From Octopus sinensis (lineage: Eukaryota), in the NCBI RefSeq assembly GCF_006345805.1, contig NC_043001.1:126666001-126730000 (forward strand): a stretch of DNA of 64,000 bases. Direction: 5' to 3'. The position numbers and the translations under genes are program-made. Under the pieces are notes generated by a model. It had not been told where the DNA came from and ran no database searches. It saw only the letters and a list, made by a program, of their open reading frames with translations. Position 1 is the stretch's first letter. Each line of letters begins with the position of its first letter. Shown here piece by piece: positions 51,126 to 64,000 of the stretch.

Positions 51126-51747
51126 CGTGATCACGTGATATATGTATGCATGTATGTTTGTATATGTATATGTATGGCGGTGCCCCAGCATGGCCGCAGC
51201 CTTAAGGCTGAAACATATGAGAATATATATATACACACACACACATTTATATATATATATATTTATAAATGTGAGTGTACGCGCGTGTATGTGCCTGTGG
51301 GTGAGTGAGTGTACGTACATGAGTTTGACTTCATTTGTTCTCTTCTTGTGGTATGGTGACCATCGATGAATACAGCCCAACATCACGTGAATGGATAAGA
51401 AAAGGATAGCTAGTGCTAGCCTCTTTCACACAGTAAGACACGACCCGGATAAATATTCGTTACAACAATATCTCTATTATGTTCTGTTTGAATTAATAGT
51501 TTCCTCTTCGCTTGTCTACGCTGAATTCTAAGATCTGTCGATACAGCGCTGAATTCTAAGATTTGTCAGCTTAAGGGATGAAAGGGTTCTTGTCACGCTG
51601 TGGTCTCGCTGTCCTCTCGCTACTGTCTCGCTTTTGTTTGGTCATTTAATTTGTAATTACTACTTTTATTTCTGATAACACAGAGATGATTAAGAGAAAC
51701 GCTGTTTGCTTTACCTTCTTTAATCGCTCAACACACACACACACACA

Positions 51748-51786
<39 letters not shown>

Positions 51787-51937
51787 GCTCTCTCACTCTC
51801 TCACTCTCATTCTGTTACTCTCTTTGTCTCTGAACGATAACTAACAAGAAATGAGCAACGTCCGAATTGCTGTGTGAATTTTCCGTTTGTTCCTGTGTTG
51901 TGTTTGTATTTAAATTTTGTATCTTAGTGTGTGTATG

Positions 51938-51969
<32 letters not shown>

Positions 51970-52134
51970 ATATAATATATATATATATATATACGTATGT
52001 ATGTATATGTATATGCATATATATATATATTTATTATATATATATTATATATATACAATATATATATATATTATATTACACTATATATATTATATATATT
52101 ATACTATATATATATTATATTATATATACATATA

Positions 52135-52185
<51 letters not shown>

Positions 52186-52198
52186 GCACACATATATA

Positions 52199-52234
<36 letters not shown>

Positions 52235-52981
52235 TGTATGTATGTATGTATGTATGTATGTATGTATGTATGTATGTGTTTGTGTGTATGAGAAGTTGAG
52301 CTTAGGTACTACGCATTAAGTGTTTTTCAATCCGTATCAGTAAACCATTGTCTCTAAATTGTTTCAAATACCAAATTTCAAATGGCTTACATTTTATACG
52401 TTGTATCTAGGAATCAGTTGCTATCAAGTCTGTCGTATCATATATAAAAAGTGACGCTCCAAAGACAACGCCTCCGCTCATACATAAAAAAATTTTAATA
52501 TTACTCAAAAAAAAAGTGAAGATATGAAATTTAGATTAGACATGCCTTGCTTAATAACCCTGAAATGACACAGTGCAGAAGAAAACGAACCGAAACATAT
52601 ACGAAAGAAGGATATTTTTTACATATTATCAATGAAGCTTTCAGTAAAATGAAGGCGCCTGAAATATTAACACGGCAAAAAGAAATAATGTTTAAAAATA
52701 TAAGAAATAATTCCAGAAGATAAATCAGATAAAATTTATCGTTGGTAGTGGTTTGGGGGAGAAATAGGCCATTTTTGAAACCGAAGCGTCAATATATCTA
52801 TATTAAATTAATAAACCATTAATATTTCTGTTTCTTGTTAACACACCCAATGGAATACGGGAAATGTTATTTGCACGAACATTTATAACGTTCTTATTCT
52901 GTTTGTTAATACACAAACACACACACACACACTCACACACATATATACGTCCATACACACACACACATATGTATGTATGTA

Positions 52982-53012
<31 letters not shown>

Positions 53013-53099
53013 TGTATGTATGTATGTATGTATGTATGTATGTACATATACACGTGTGTGTGTGTGTGTCTGTAGACTAAGCATTATACAACGCGTTTA

Positions 53100-53147
<48 letters not shown>

Positions 53148-54199
53148 CAAATATAAAATATAAAATATAAATTACAAAGTGGGACAAGAACGCAAAAACA
53201 GACAAAGAAACGACACAAAAAAAACAGACGGGTCACTCGAAGCCTCTAATCTTCAGTCGGAACCGGATCATCTTAGCAATTTCTGCTGTTTAATCTCGAT
53301 ATCACTCCGAACCGGCCAGCCCCAAGAACTAAGCCATAGGCATTAGATTTCTTAGGAAGAGGACGAATGTATACGAAACAAAGACAGGATGCCACACGAA
53401 TATAAATACAAGAAACAAAAAATAGAAATAAAAAACAAGAATGGTAAGCAGGACAAACACAACGGGCGTCTTACGACTTTAGACAATTTTTAACTTATCT
53501 TGGCTGGCGTATTTGAAAAATGCCTTTGCGGCAAAAACGAAAACAAACGTTAACATGGCAGCGGTCAAGCCGAAAAAGACCGGTTTGAATGCGGTCACGT
53601 GAGACCACGGAAGAAAGAGAGAAAAAAAGAAAAGCAGGGAGCAAGGAACAAAGAGAGAGAGTCAGAAAGGGACGAAGGCACCAAGGGGGAGAGAGAGAGA
53701 AGGAAGGAATCAAAGAGGGGAGAAGAAACAGGATTAGCTTAGCAATAGAAATGACGGTGCAAATAAGAGTGGGGGAAGAATCAGAGGCAAGGAAAGAGAA
53801 AGACACAGACTATAGAGAGAGTGTGTGTAAAGACGTCGTACAAGATAAACCTAGTACTTATTTTATCGAATCTTTTGCCGGACCACACACATACACTCAA
53901 ATATGAGAAATTTCCCTTTCATCCCTCTCTCTCTCTCTCTTTCTTTAAATATATCTCTCTCTTCAATTTGCCGTTGCGTTTCTACATCTTTCTCTTCTTG
54001 TACATGTCAGGTCTTCACTTGACCAAAGCTGATCATGCATCTGGTCATGTATGCACTGGTCTGGGAAAGCTAGTTTATTTTTTAGAAAGAGCACCAGATG
54101 CCTATGCTAGCGCGTGTCTTCTCTCTGCACTCTGATATTATCAAAGGAAAATTCTGCCGTCGTGGGCCGAAACAGTTAAGCACTAGTGTCATCGCAGAT

Positions 54200-54480
54200 G
54201 TTTCTGTCGGAATGCATGAAGTCAGAACATATTCAATTCCCGGCTGTATGTTGTCTCCTTGAGCAAGACACTTTATTTCTCATTGCTCCAGTTCTCTCTG
54301 ACAACAAAAAATGAGTTGTGCCCACATTTCAAAGGCCCAACCGTGGCACATTCTATATCACACTGAATTTCTCTAAGAAACTACGTTAAGGGTACACGTC
54401 TGTTCACGTTGATTTGACCAGCAGGCTGTACCGTTGATCGGATCAACTGGAACCCTCGTCGACGTAATTGATAGAGCGCC
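54200..54480 (+). mobile_element. Degenerate copy of the 50775-51097 SINE family
   Basis: CCTTGAGCAAGACACTTTATTT..ACTACGTTAAGGGTACACGT..ACCCTCGTC shared. Confidence 0.7.
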
Positions 54481-54834
54481 CGTTGGTATATGTGTGTGTG
54501 TGTGTGTGTGTGTATGTGCGTGTGCGGGTATGTGTGTGCGTGTGTGTGTATGTGCGTGTGCATACACACATATGCATACACACATAATAAACATGTCTAT
54601 ATATTTTGCATATTCCAAACGTCTTTTAAATTAATTCTTGTATTGTCCTTTGTACACCCTCCCTGATGGTTTAAATACGGGATATTTAAAATGCAAAACT
54701 ATATATGTTTTGTAATTTCGATGTTGTTTGTGAAATGAAACAATCGTAGGTAAATATGTGAGTTAATTAATATATTAATTTATATCTATTAGATTTCTGT
54801 TTTATATATATATATATTTATTTTATAGAAGGAG

Positions 54835-54878
54835 CTTCTACAGGACTAGAACTGTTTCATTCAAATGAAATCATCAGG
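54835..54878 (-). ncRNA. Hammerhead core intact but stem I lost
   Basis: C CTGATGA TTTC-ATTT-GAAT GAAA CAG-TTCTAGTC-CTG T A GAAG. Confidence 0.55.
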
Positions 54879-54924
54879 TATTGAGTACCTTATTTACTGT
54901 GGTTAACCCCGACTCAACCCGGGA

Positions 54925-54980
<56 letters not shown>

Positions 54981-55191
54981 GGTCTTTTGGCTGATATTTC
55001 TAAATTTTCGGTATGTGGTGAAGCAACTTGTTGCTAAACCCTTAATTATTGTTATAATAATATATAAAAAAACTTTTTGTATAAGTTTTTACTGAATATG
55101 GTTCTTTTCCATACCGAAACTACTTTGGTAAAATTTGTTAATTTATTAAATTTATAATTTTTTACCCTATATCTGTAATGATTATATAAAG

Positions 55192-55265
<74 letters not shown>

Positions 55266-55795
55266 TATATATATAAATTTCTCTTACAATAAATTTCTCT
55301 TACAATATATTGGACAACCCGAAGCCATGATAGAAGACATGTGATGGAGGTGCCAAGCGGGGAGGCAAGTGGTTGCGGGGCGGACCTTCTTTTCACAGAA
55401 GCATAACAGCATTATTTCGGTCTGGTATGGTTATACTTTTCTCAGAAATCATTCTAGAAATAATAAATAAATAAATAAATAAAATTCAAACATATTTTTT
55501 CCTTCATTCTATGAAATCACAAAATGAGATCAGTTAAAGAAAGAGGAGGGCAAGAAAACATAATTAATCTTATTTTCGGTAAGTTTCTGACTGAAAATTG
55601 GTACCATTCTTTCAGCATGTTCACGTCTATCTTTCTACGTATGTTAAACCGAAGCAACATTCAGCTTTGTGTGAAAATTGATGTAGTGACCTCAAACAAA
55701 AGGGTAAAGGAAGAAAACAATAAAGTGAGCAACCGATGCTGAACATTTTTCTTATTAACTAACAGAACGACAGAAATGTTGGTGGCGGCGATACT

Positions 55796-55835
<40 letters not shown>

Positions 55836-56137
55836 CCACCACCACCAGCACCACCACCACCACCATCCTCCTCCTCGTCAACATCATCATCATCATCATC
55901 ATTACTTTCAAATTCCGCCGATGTCGACTTTGCCTTTCATCCTTTCGAAGTCGATAAATTAAGAACCAGTCAAGTACTGCGGTCGATGTAACCGACTATC
56001 CACCTCCCCACAAATTCCAGGCCTTCTGCCCAAGTAGAAAGGATCATCATCATCATCATCAACACCACCACCATTATTATTATTATTATTATTATTATTG
56101 TTATTATTATTATTATCATTATTATCATTATTATTAT

Positions 56138-56345
56138 TAAGGTGGCGAGCTGGCGGAATCGTTAGCACGCGGCATTTCATACGTCTTTACGTTCTGAGTT
56201 AAAATTCCGCCGAAGTCAACTTTGCCTTTCATTCTTTCGGAGTGGATTTAAGTACCAGTGAAGCACTGGTGTCGATATAGTGGTTCTCTCGATATAAGTT
56301 CTCTCCCCCAAAATTCCAGGCCTTGTGCCTTAGTAGAAAGGATTA
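56138..56345 (+). mobile_element. tRNA-derived SINE
   Basis: AAGGTGGCGAGCTGGCGGAATCGTTAGCAC family. Confidence 0.8.
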
Positions 56346-56527
56346 TCATTATTATTATTGTTGTTGTTGTTGTTCTTCCATGTCCATGCACTCCAACGCC
56401 TATACCATCACTCCTACTGCCACAGACACCATCGTCACAAACCACTAGTATGATCAGCACCCATACCATCACAACCACCTACTATTACCACTCCCACCAT
56501 ATCATTAGTTCCACCAACATCATTACC

Positions 56528-56760
56528 TATTTCTTTATTACCCACAAGGGGCTAAACATAGAGGGGACAAACAAGGACAGACATAGGTATTAAGTCGATT
56601 ACATCGACCCCAGTGCGTAACTGGTACTTAATTTATCGACCTCGATAGGATGAAAGGCAAAGTCGACCCCAGCGGAATTTGAAATCAGAACGTAACGGCA
56701 GACGAAATACTGCTATGCATTTCGCCCGGCGTGCTAACGTTTCTGCCAGCTTGCCGCCTT
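56528..56760 (-). mobile_element. Young tRNA-derived SINE
   Basis: Near-identical to 16324-16556. Confidence 0.88.
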
Positions 56761-59526
56761 TCCAACGCCTATACCATCACTCCTGTCAGTACCACCATTG
56801 CTACCAACATCAGCACCACCGCTATCACAACTACCAACACCAACCCCACCACCTCTACCACCACTGTCACCACCGCCGCCATCGCCACTATTACCTACCA
56901 CAATCCCCATTGTCGTCACTACCAACGCTATTAATAACACCGAGAGCCAACGAAGGACCAGCCCTGCAGTCGCCCAACTCCTTAGAAAAAGTAGTCCCAA
57001 AATCTTTGTCATCTCACACTGCTATCTGGTAAAAGAGACGTGTTCGGCATGCTTAGAAGGCCTTTCATCATAGGCTTTCTCGATTAGAGATCAGCACGGC
57101 TTAAAGAAAAACATCGTTATCACAACCGCCATCATTACTTCAAATCATCTCCGAATTATCTCCACGGCTTAAATCACCATTGCCGCCTGCAACAACCACA
57201 TAAATGAAACAATAAAAAAGTCTGTACATGTTCTCCCGACCTGCTAGAAATAGCTGCCAAATCTCGCATAATTCTTTACTTGTTTCGTGTTTCACATATG
57301 ATACACAAGAGATATTTCTATAGCATCTATGCATCGTATATGATACACATTCTCAATTATTTCAACCAGTAGTTTATTTTGGGACTTATGAAAGGAAAGC
57401 TTTATATTACTCAGATCGTATGAAACAAGAGAAGAGAAATATCAATAAATACACAGGCCTGGCCGGTCGCTGTCAGTATGTGCCCATCGCCGTCGAGACA
57501 TCGTCAGGTGTTTAAGGATCCCGTAGTGAACAAAGATCTCTAGACCAAGAAAATCTATTCGTGTAAAGACAGTGGTTATCCCAGTTTGGACTGGAAGAGA
57601 TCTTCACAATAGTGAAAGAGTGTGAACAGAACTACGATGAACACAATGAGAAGGAAGCAGAACAAAAACAGAAATTAGTTGAAGGATCAATCCTCAAAAA
57701 ACAAACAGCTGCTCAGGCGAAGGGATGATTGGTATAGAGGAAGAGAGACACTTACTACAACGCCTGAATGAGACACCAAATAGCGAAAGAAAGTGACTAC
57801 CCGCTTTGAGAGGATTTGGAAGAGGAAAATGAACTAAATAAGTGAATAAAGAGGGACGAGCTGTCAGTGAAAATATATAATGAAAAATATAACAGACCTA
57901 TACTGCACAGCTTCTGTTGCTGCGCAAATTCTTGGGATTAAAAGCCAAAGGATAACAAAGGATAAAGTTCTATGGTGGGAACGAAGACTTGAGAACCAAA
58001 GTGAACAACTAAATGTCTTGGATGGACACTTACAATCATAGAAAGGAAAAGGGTGGGGGAAGACACCGGAACGAACTGCAGAGAAAGTACATTAGGCACA
58101 ACAAATCAAAAAACAAACAAAACATACCAACAGAAATCAATATTGTAACAGCAGATTAAATACTCCAAGAAGAGCAAAAGATCCAGCATATATTCTCTGT
58201 TGTATTTTTGATCTCTGTCCTACAGCTACATGCTGAGAATAGGCACTTTTACGCGAGTCATTTTCGTTTACATTTCGGCAATGTCCTTGTAGACTATAAC
58301 CTATCACTCCAACCTCATCATCCACTGTAAGTCGGTGAAAACTTGGCTAAGAAGAGAGTGTCAGATATATTTCCTTTCACTCGTGTATTTATGTAATCAA
58401 CTCTGAGAACAACTGTGTTGAAAGAAAATGAGTGAAAAAGGTCACTTATCATGGTCGTGGTGAAAAATGAATACATCATCCAGTCTTCTCGGTGTTGAAG
58501 ACTAGATTATCACAAAAATTAATATAAATCAGCAAACTAAAACTTAATTAAGACACAAGCTTACACACATTGACACACAAAGAAACACACACAAATATAG
58601 TGATACATTAACATCACACTAAAAAACACGTACACTACATATACAAAAATATGCACACGAACACACTTATACATTACATTCTCACTCACATTAACTAGCA
58701 TATCATACTTGCATAAACACATTACACAAATACAGACGTACACATTTACATGAATGCGTACACATATACGCACACACATACACGTACATAGTGAGGATGT
58801 TGTTGTTGTTGTTGTTGTAGGTAATGTTTCTAAATGAAATGCAGAGGGCCTGTTACTCTATTCCTTTATTAAGACGGGCGCCTCAACTGGAATTATTGTC
58901 ACCAGTTTCGGTTGACTACCGCGTTAGTCTGGGAGAGGTTAGCAAAACTAAAGAACAAAGACAATAATAATTTTACACGCATGCGCGCACACATCCGAAC
59001 ACACACGCACAAAACTCCGTGAGTGAACAAGTTTGTAATCACATATACGCTCATACATATACACGTATGTACAAATGAATGTGTAGATAACACACATCCA
59101 CAATATATATGTGTATATATGTATTACATGGACATATATATAACATACACACATACTTACACAGAAGGAAAGGCCAAGCTACACTCACAGAGCCGCGATT
59201 ACCTCAGATCTTTATTAACGAATAAAATAATGTAGACAGACCTCAGACTCACCACCCACGAAGACCACAACTTCTGTTTTATTATAAGGGTGGGGGCACT
59301 TATGTTTGATTGTTGTTAACAAAAACAAAATGACATAATTTAAGGAAGTTCTTATTAAATTGTTGCCCCCAAAATTTAACATATGTACCCATATATTTAT
59401 ATATGTATATAAGTTTGTATGTACCTTATGTTTGCATGTATGTATGTATGTATGTATGTATGTATGTATGTATGTATGTATGTATGTATTTATGTATGTA
59501 TGTATGTATGTATGTATGTATGTATG

Positions 59527-59557
<31 letters not shown>

Positions 59558-59934
59558 GTATGCTGAAATATATATTTATGGCAAAGTAAGTTGATCTGCG
59601 GTCCTTTGCTGGAATTAATGCAATTATATAGCGGAAGAGTCATGATAGACATTTAAGAACACACATAAACTGTTACATTGGCTTTCGTTTGTCTTTTACT
59701 AACACTGACTACTATGAAGTGTCAAAAAATTTCGTCGCATTTGCTGCAATACTGTGACAGGGAAATAAAAACAAGATGGATATAACAGCTCACAGGATTC
59801 CTCAAATCTTAACATTGACGTGTCTGCCATATAAGTGTTTTAGTTTCAGATCTGGATCTCTAATCGAGTCACCATACAATGACAAACAGATTGTGATACA
59901 TATATTCTGATTCATATAAATCTTTTCTCTTTTA

Positions 59935-60272
59935 TCTTTTACTTGCTTCAGTCACTGAACTGGCTGAGCTGGTCGAAAAGACCGACCCCAGTGCTTATGC
60001 TTTTTAAAGCTTACTATTTATTCTAGCGGTTTGTTTGTTGTTCGGCAAAATAAACCGCTAAGTTACGGACAAGTAAACACATCGACACCGCTTATCAAGC
60101 AGTGGTTGGGGACAAGCGCGGACACACACACACACATACACATACACACGCACGACGAGTTTCTTTCAGTTTCCGTCTACCAAATCCACCCACAAGGTTT
60201 TGTCCAAGGTGAAACGCAGTGAGACTGAACCCAGAACCATATAGTTGGGAAACAAACTTCTTACCACACAGT
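59935..60272 (-). mobile_element. SINE (GTGTGGTAAGAAG family)
   Basis: Inverted match to 39770-40401. Confidence 0.75.
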
Positions 60273-60712
60273 CAAATATAAATCCCATATAGAAACATAC
60301 GAGTTCAGAACAAAAACTTCCGTATCTCACACCAATATTTTACGAAAACACCTCTTTAATTACAGTAACTTTCTAAATAATTAAAAAATTGTTTTAGTTT
60401 GAGACTTTATTCAAAGAAGTCAAAACAGAAAAGAAAAACATGCCCCACTACCTAATTTTAGAAATTTGTTTAGTATAATTAATTTTTATTCAATATACTA
60501 CAAGCACAGGCGTAGTTGTATGGCAAGAAACTTGCTTACCAGCCACAAGGTCCTGGGTTCAGTCCCACTGTTTTGCAATTGGGCTTGTGTCTTCTACTGT
60601 AGCCTCGGGCCAACCAAAGTCATGTAAGTGGGTTTGGCAGATGGAAGCAGAAAGAAGCCCATCGGGTATATATAGACGGAATTAGCTAAACCTTGGACTG
60701 TTTGAGTAGTCA

Positions 60713-60757
60713 CTACTGACGTTGCTTACAAAATAGGCGAAACTAGGTCTAGTCTAG
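60713..60757 (+). ncRNA. Type I hammerhead, GUC site, core CUGACGU
   Basis: CTA CTGACGT T GCTTA-CAAAA-TAGGC GAAA CTAG-GT-CTAG T C TAG; follows the TA run that truncates the SINE head at 60504-60665. Confidence 0.65.
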
Positions 60758-60940
60758 AGATTATAGAGACGGTCATGAGACGGTTACGTCCCCTGTCAGT
60801 GTATATACATTGTGCTCTTCTTACAGCATTAAGAGTTTTTAACTCTTATTTCTAGCAATGTAGGTGCTTCGGCACACTTAGTGACAGTTAAATGTTTTCT
60901 TTATGGTATTACATTGCGCCTAGCTATTTATATTAATTAT

Positions 60941-61733
60941 ATTAAGTTGAGGAATAATTCATGAACGTTTTTTTGTCATATTTATTTTAAATAAAAAAAA
61001 CTACAGCAAATTAATCAATAATATACTCTCCGTTGTTGTTTACAACTTTCTCTCATCGATCAATACGTTTTACGATGCCTCGGCGATAGAAATATCCCGG
61101 TCTTGGCTCAAAGAATTAGTCCAACCAACCCTTTCTATTCTACGTCGTTATTGAACGATACATCGTGCAAAGCGTTCGAAAACCGACGAAAGGGATGACG
61201 GTGCTATTCGAGTTCTTGAATCGATCGCAGCTTTGGTCATATTGCTGATGTGAGGAAGGACGTTGTGGTGTTGCAGAAGAATGCCATTTCGCCTATTCGT
61301 TTCTATTTTTTTTGTGGGGGGGAGAGCTAAACTGCTTCGTTGAGTCGGCGCAGTTACTAAACGTAGAGCTCCGCATTGAGTGTTTTGTTGAGCTCAAACA
61401 GTTCGTAATGAATTATGCCTTCATCGAAATCAGTTGATCGACTGGTGTGTGATCCGTCCTTGAGGTCAAAATTCCCATTTCTGAAGCGTGAAAACCAACG
61501 GTGGGCGGTACTTTGAGACATTGCTCCTTCTCCAGACACATTGCAAATCTCACGAGCAGCTTCGGCGGCCTTAGCACCTCGATTAAATGCAAAAAGCAAA
61601 TGGTGTCAAAAGTGCCCAATTTTGTCCACTTGACATTCCATTTAAATGATCTGAAAATACACAAAAGTCAATAAAATTTTAAAATTAAAACACACTATCT
61701 TGTAAAGCAAAAAATTATTTTAGATAACATAAA
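60941..61733 (-). mobile_element. Internally deleted mariner
   Basis: ORF 61599-61357 MLFAFNRGAKAAEAAREIC..HRWFSRFRNGNFDLKD..DFDE fused directly to GIIHYELF; TIRs only weakly matched. Confidence 0.75.
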
Positions 61734-62802
61734 ACATTTTGTCAATGTGTTTTATTTCTGAAACGCTCATGGATTATTCCTCAGCCCAATATGCGTGTGT
61801 GTGTGTGTGTGTGAGTGTGTGTGTATGTGTGTGTATGTGTGTGTGTGTGTGTGCGTGTGTGTGTGGTGTGTGTGTGTGGTGTGTGTGTGTGTGTGTGTGT
61901 GCGTGTGTGTGCGTGCGCGTGTGTTTGTGTCTGTGTCTGCGAATCCTATCACTGCTTAACAACCGTTGTTGGTGTCTTTACGTCACTGTGAATTAGCAGT
62001 TCGGCAAATGGATTGCTAGAATAAGTGTCACGCTTAATATATATATATACTCGTGACAATTCATTCGGCTAAAAGTTTTTGAAGGCGGTGCCCCAGCATG
62101 GCCGCAGTCCAATAACTGAAAGAGATTAAAGATGATTAAAAACATCTTTCTCAAAGTACACTAAAAAATTTTCATGGAACCTACTACACCAGGTGGCTGC
62201 TTCTCCTAGAAATCGCAGCCAATATGTTTTAAAATTACGATCCATATAAAATAAAGAAAAATAGATCGGCCTATGTTAGAGTTCACATGGACCAAATAAC
62301 AGCAGTAACAGTAACAACAACAAAGAAAAAAATAACAGTCATATCAAATTTAATTTTGAGGTCGCTATGTCACTTTTGTCGTACCTCGTTTTCTGTTATA
62401 CATAAAAAGCCGTTTTTGTTTTGCTTTCGTTGTTGCTTCATTTTTGTTTTCGTTGTAATAACTCTTCAGAGAAATCCGATCTAGTCCAATCACGTGACGG
62501 CGTTATCTCATGCTCGTAATTCTTGAAATGGCTAATGGATGGCTACTTTCAAAATAAGCAAAGCCTACCTACCGTGCCAAGATAAAAGGGCGAACAGTTT
62601 TTCAAATACTTGGAAAGGCTTTTTTTTGTTCTCAACTCACAGGAATCCAAGTCACTATGCGAAACAAATAACCAACTTGAAAATACTGTATACATTTGTG
62701 TGTATATGTGGGAAGTATATGTGCGGATGTATGTATGTATGTATGTATGTATGTATGTATGTATGTATGTGTGTGAGTGTATTTATGTATATATATATAT
62801 AC

Positions 62803-62833
<31 letters not shown>

Positions 62834-63026
62834 CATATATCTATATATACATATATATACATATATACATATATATATACATACATATATATATATACAT
62901 ATATATACACATATATATACATATATATATATACATATATATACATATATACATACATATATACATATATACATACATATATATATATAGATATATATAT
63001 ATATACATACACACACACACACACAC

Positions 63027-63080
<54 letters not shown>

Positions 63081-63100
63081 TATACATATATACATATATA

Positions 63101-63860
63101 TTCCGGTCGATGCACTGCTTACTTGGACAACAACATAAGCTGGGCTACACATATAAGCAGCAAAGTTGACATGGCCCGCAGAATGTGTTCCTGGATTCTC
63201 AGAACCTTCCAGTCGAGAGATTCTCACGCTATTATCCTTCTCTTCTCCACTTTTGCCCGACCCCACCTTGAATACTGCTGTCCACTGTGGTCTCCCTACA
63301 CAAAGCAAAATATTATGAGAATTGAAGCTCCCCAAGGTCAATCACAAAAAAGATAGATGGCATGTCAGACCTTGACTACTGGGGTAGACTAGAGAAGCTG
63401 AAATTGTATTCACTCCAACGACGCCGTGAACGCTACATTATCTGTATGATGTGGAAAATATTCCATCAGCACTGTCCGAATGATGTTGGCATCACCTTCA
63501 AAATGCATCCAAGGCTTGGACCACGTGCCATCCGTCCACAACAAAAATCTAAATCGCATCACATAACGATAATACGGCACAACTATTTCACCTCAATTGG
63601 ACCCGCTCTCTTCAACATTACACCAGGACACGTCAAAAAAGAAACTGACCATACAAAATTCAAGAAGTCTTTGGACAAATTCCTTCAAACAGTACCGGAC
63701 AAACCACCCACACCCGGATATGTCTCCGCAAACAATAACTCTCTGCTCGAATGGGCCTTGGTGCCCAAATCCTGAACTGAAAGACTTCGCCAGGTGGTGC
63801 TATTAAGTTAGACATGGCCTGGGCCAATACTGGCCAAAACCTTTCTAAGTTATTCTAAGT
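63101..63860 (+). mobile_element. 5'-truncated CR1-like LINE 3' end with UTR, one frameshift near 63345
   Basis: [30 protein letters not shown] / LDYWGRLEKLKLYSLQRRRER..FKKSLDKFL..PDKP; ends in (TA)n. Confidence 0.9.
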
Positions 63861-63980
<120 letters not shown>

Positions 63981-64000
63981 GAAGATACAAAAAAAACAAC

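Noticed and set aside
56392-56784. Identical 24-mer on either side of the 56528 SINE as a TSD
   Set aside because: The left copy is ~110 bp from the SINE end and lies in low-complexity ACC-rich sequence
57470-58330. Purine-rich stretch resembling a decayed LINE
   Set aside because: No diagnostic motif could be recovered by eye

Overview
Very AT-rich, microsatellite-saturated eukaryotic DNA with one 100-N scaffold gap (42204-42303). The tRNA-derived SINE families and repeat landscape resemble an octopus (coleoid cephalopod) genome; this is inference from recalled repeat families. I found no host protein-coding gene, true tRNA/rRNA gene or CRISPR array, and most ORFs in the track are translated microsatellites. 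Recognisable coding remnants are all decayed transposons: R4/Dong-like and R2/NeSL-like RLE non-LTR elements, CR1-like LINE 3' ends, a Tx1/L1-like RT scrap, a Penelope GIY-YIG C-terminus and three mariner copies. Many SINEs, Helitron-like elements and MITEs are also present. The main hidden signal is a dense population of hammerhead ribozyme (HHR) motifs: about 15 complete or damaged cores, from several sequence-unrelated short non-coding elements that sit in or next to (TA)n tracts. Cores with the full canonical sequence are at 46799-46899(+), 30518-30565(-), 23551-23657(-), 37072-37155(+), 32962-33006(-) and 21883-21917(+). Many of these elements carry a foldback inversion at their 5' end. 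Two families show ~460-bp tail-to-head monomers, the architecture of Penelope pseudo-LTRs and retrozymes that can yield self-cleaved, circularisable RNA. All folds were read by eye, and activity and novelty are untested.
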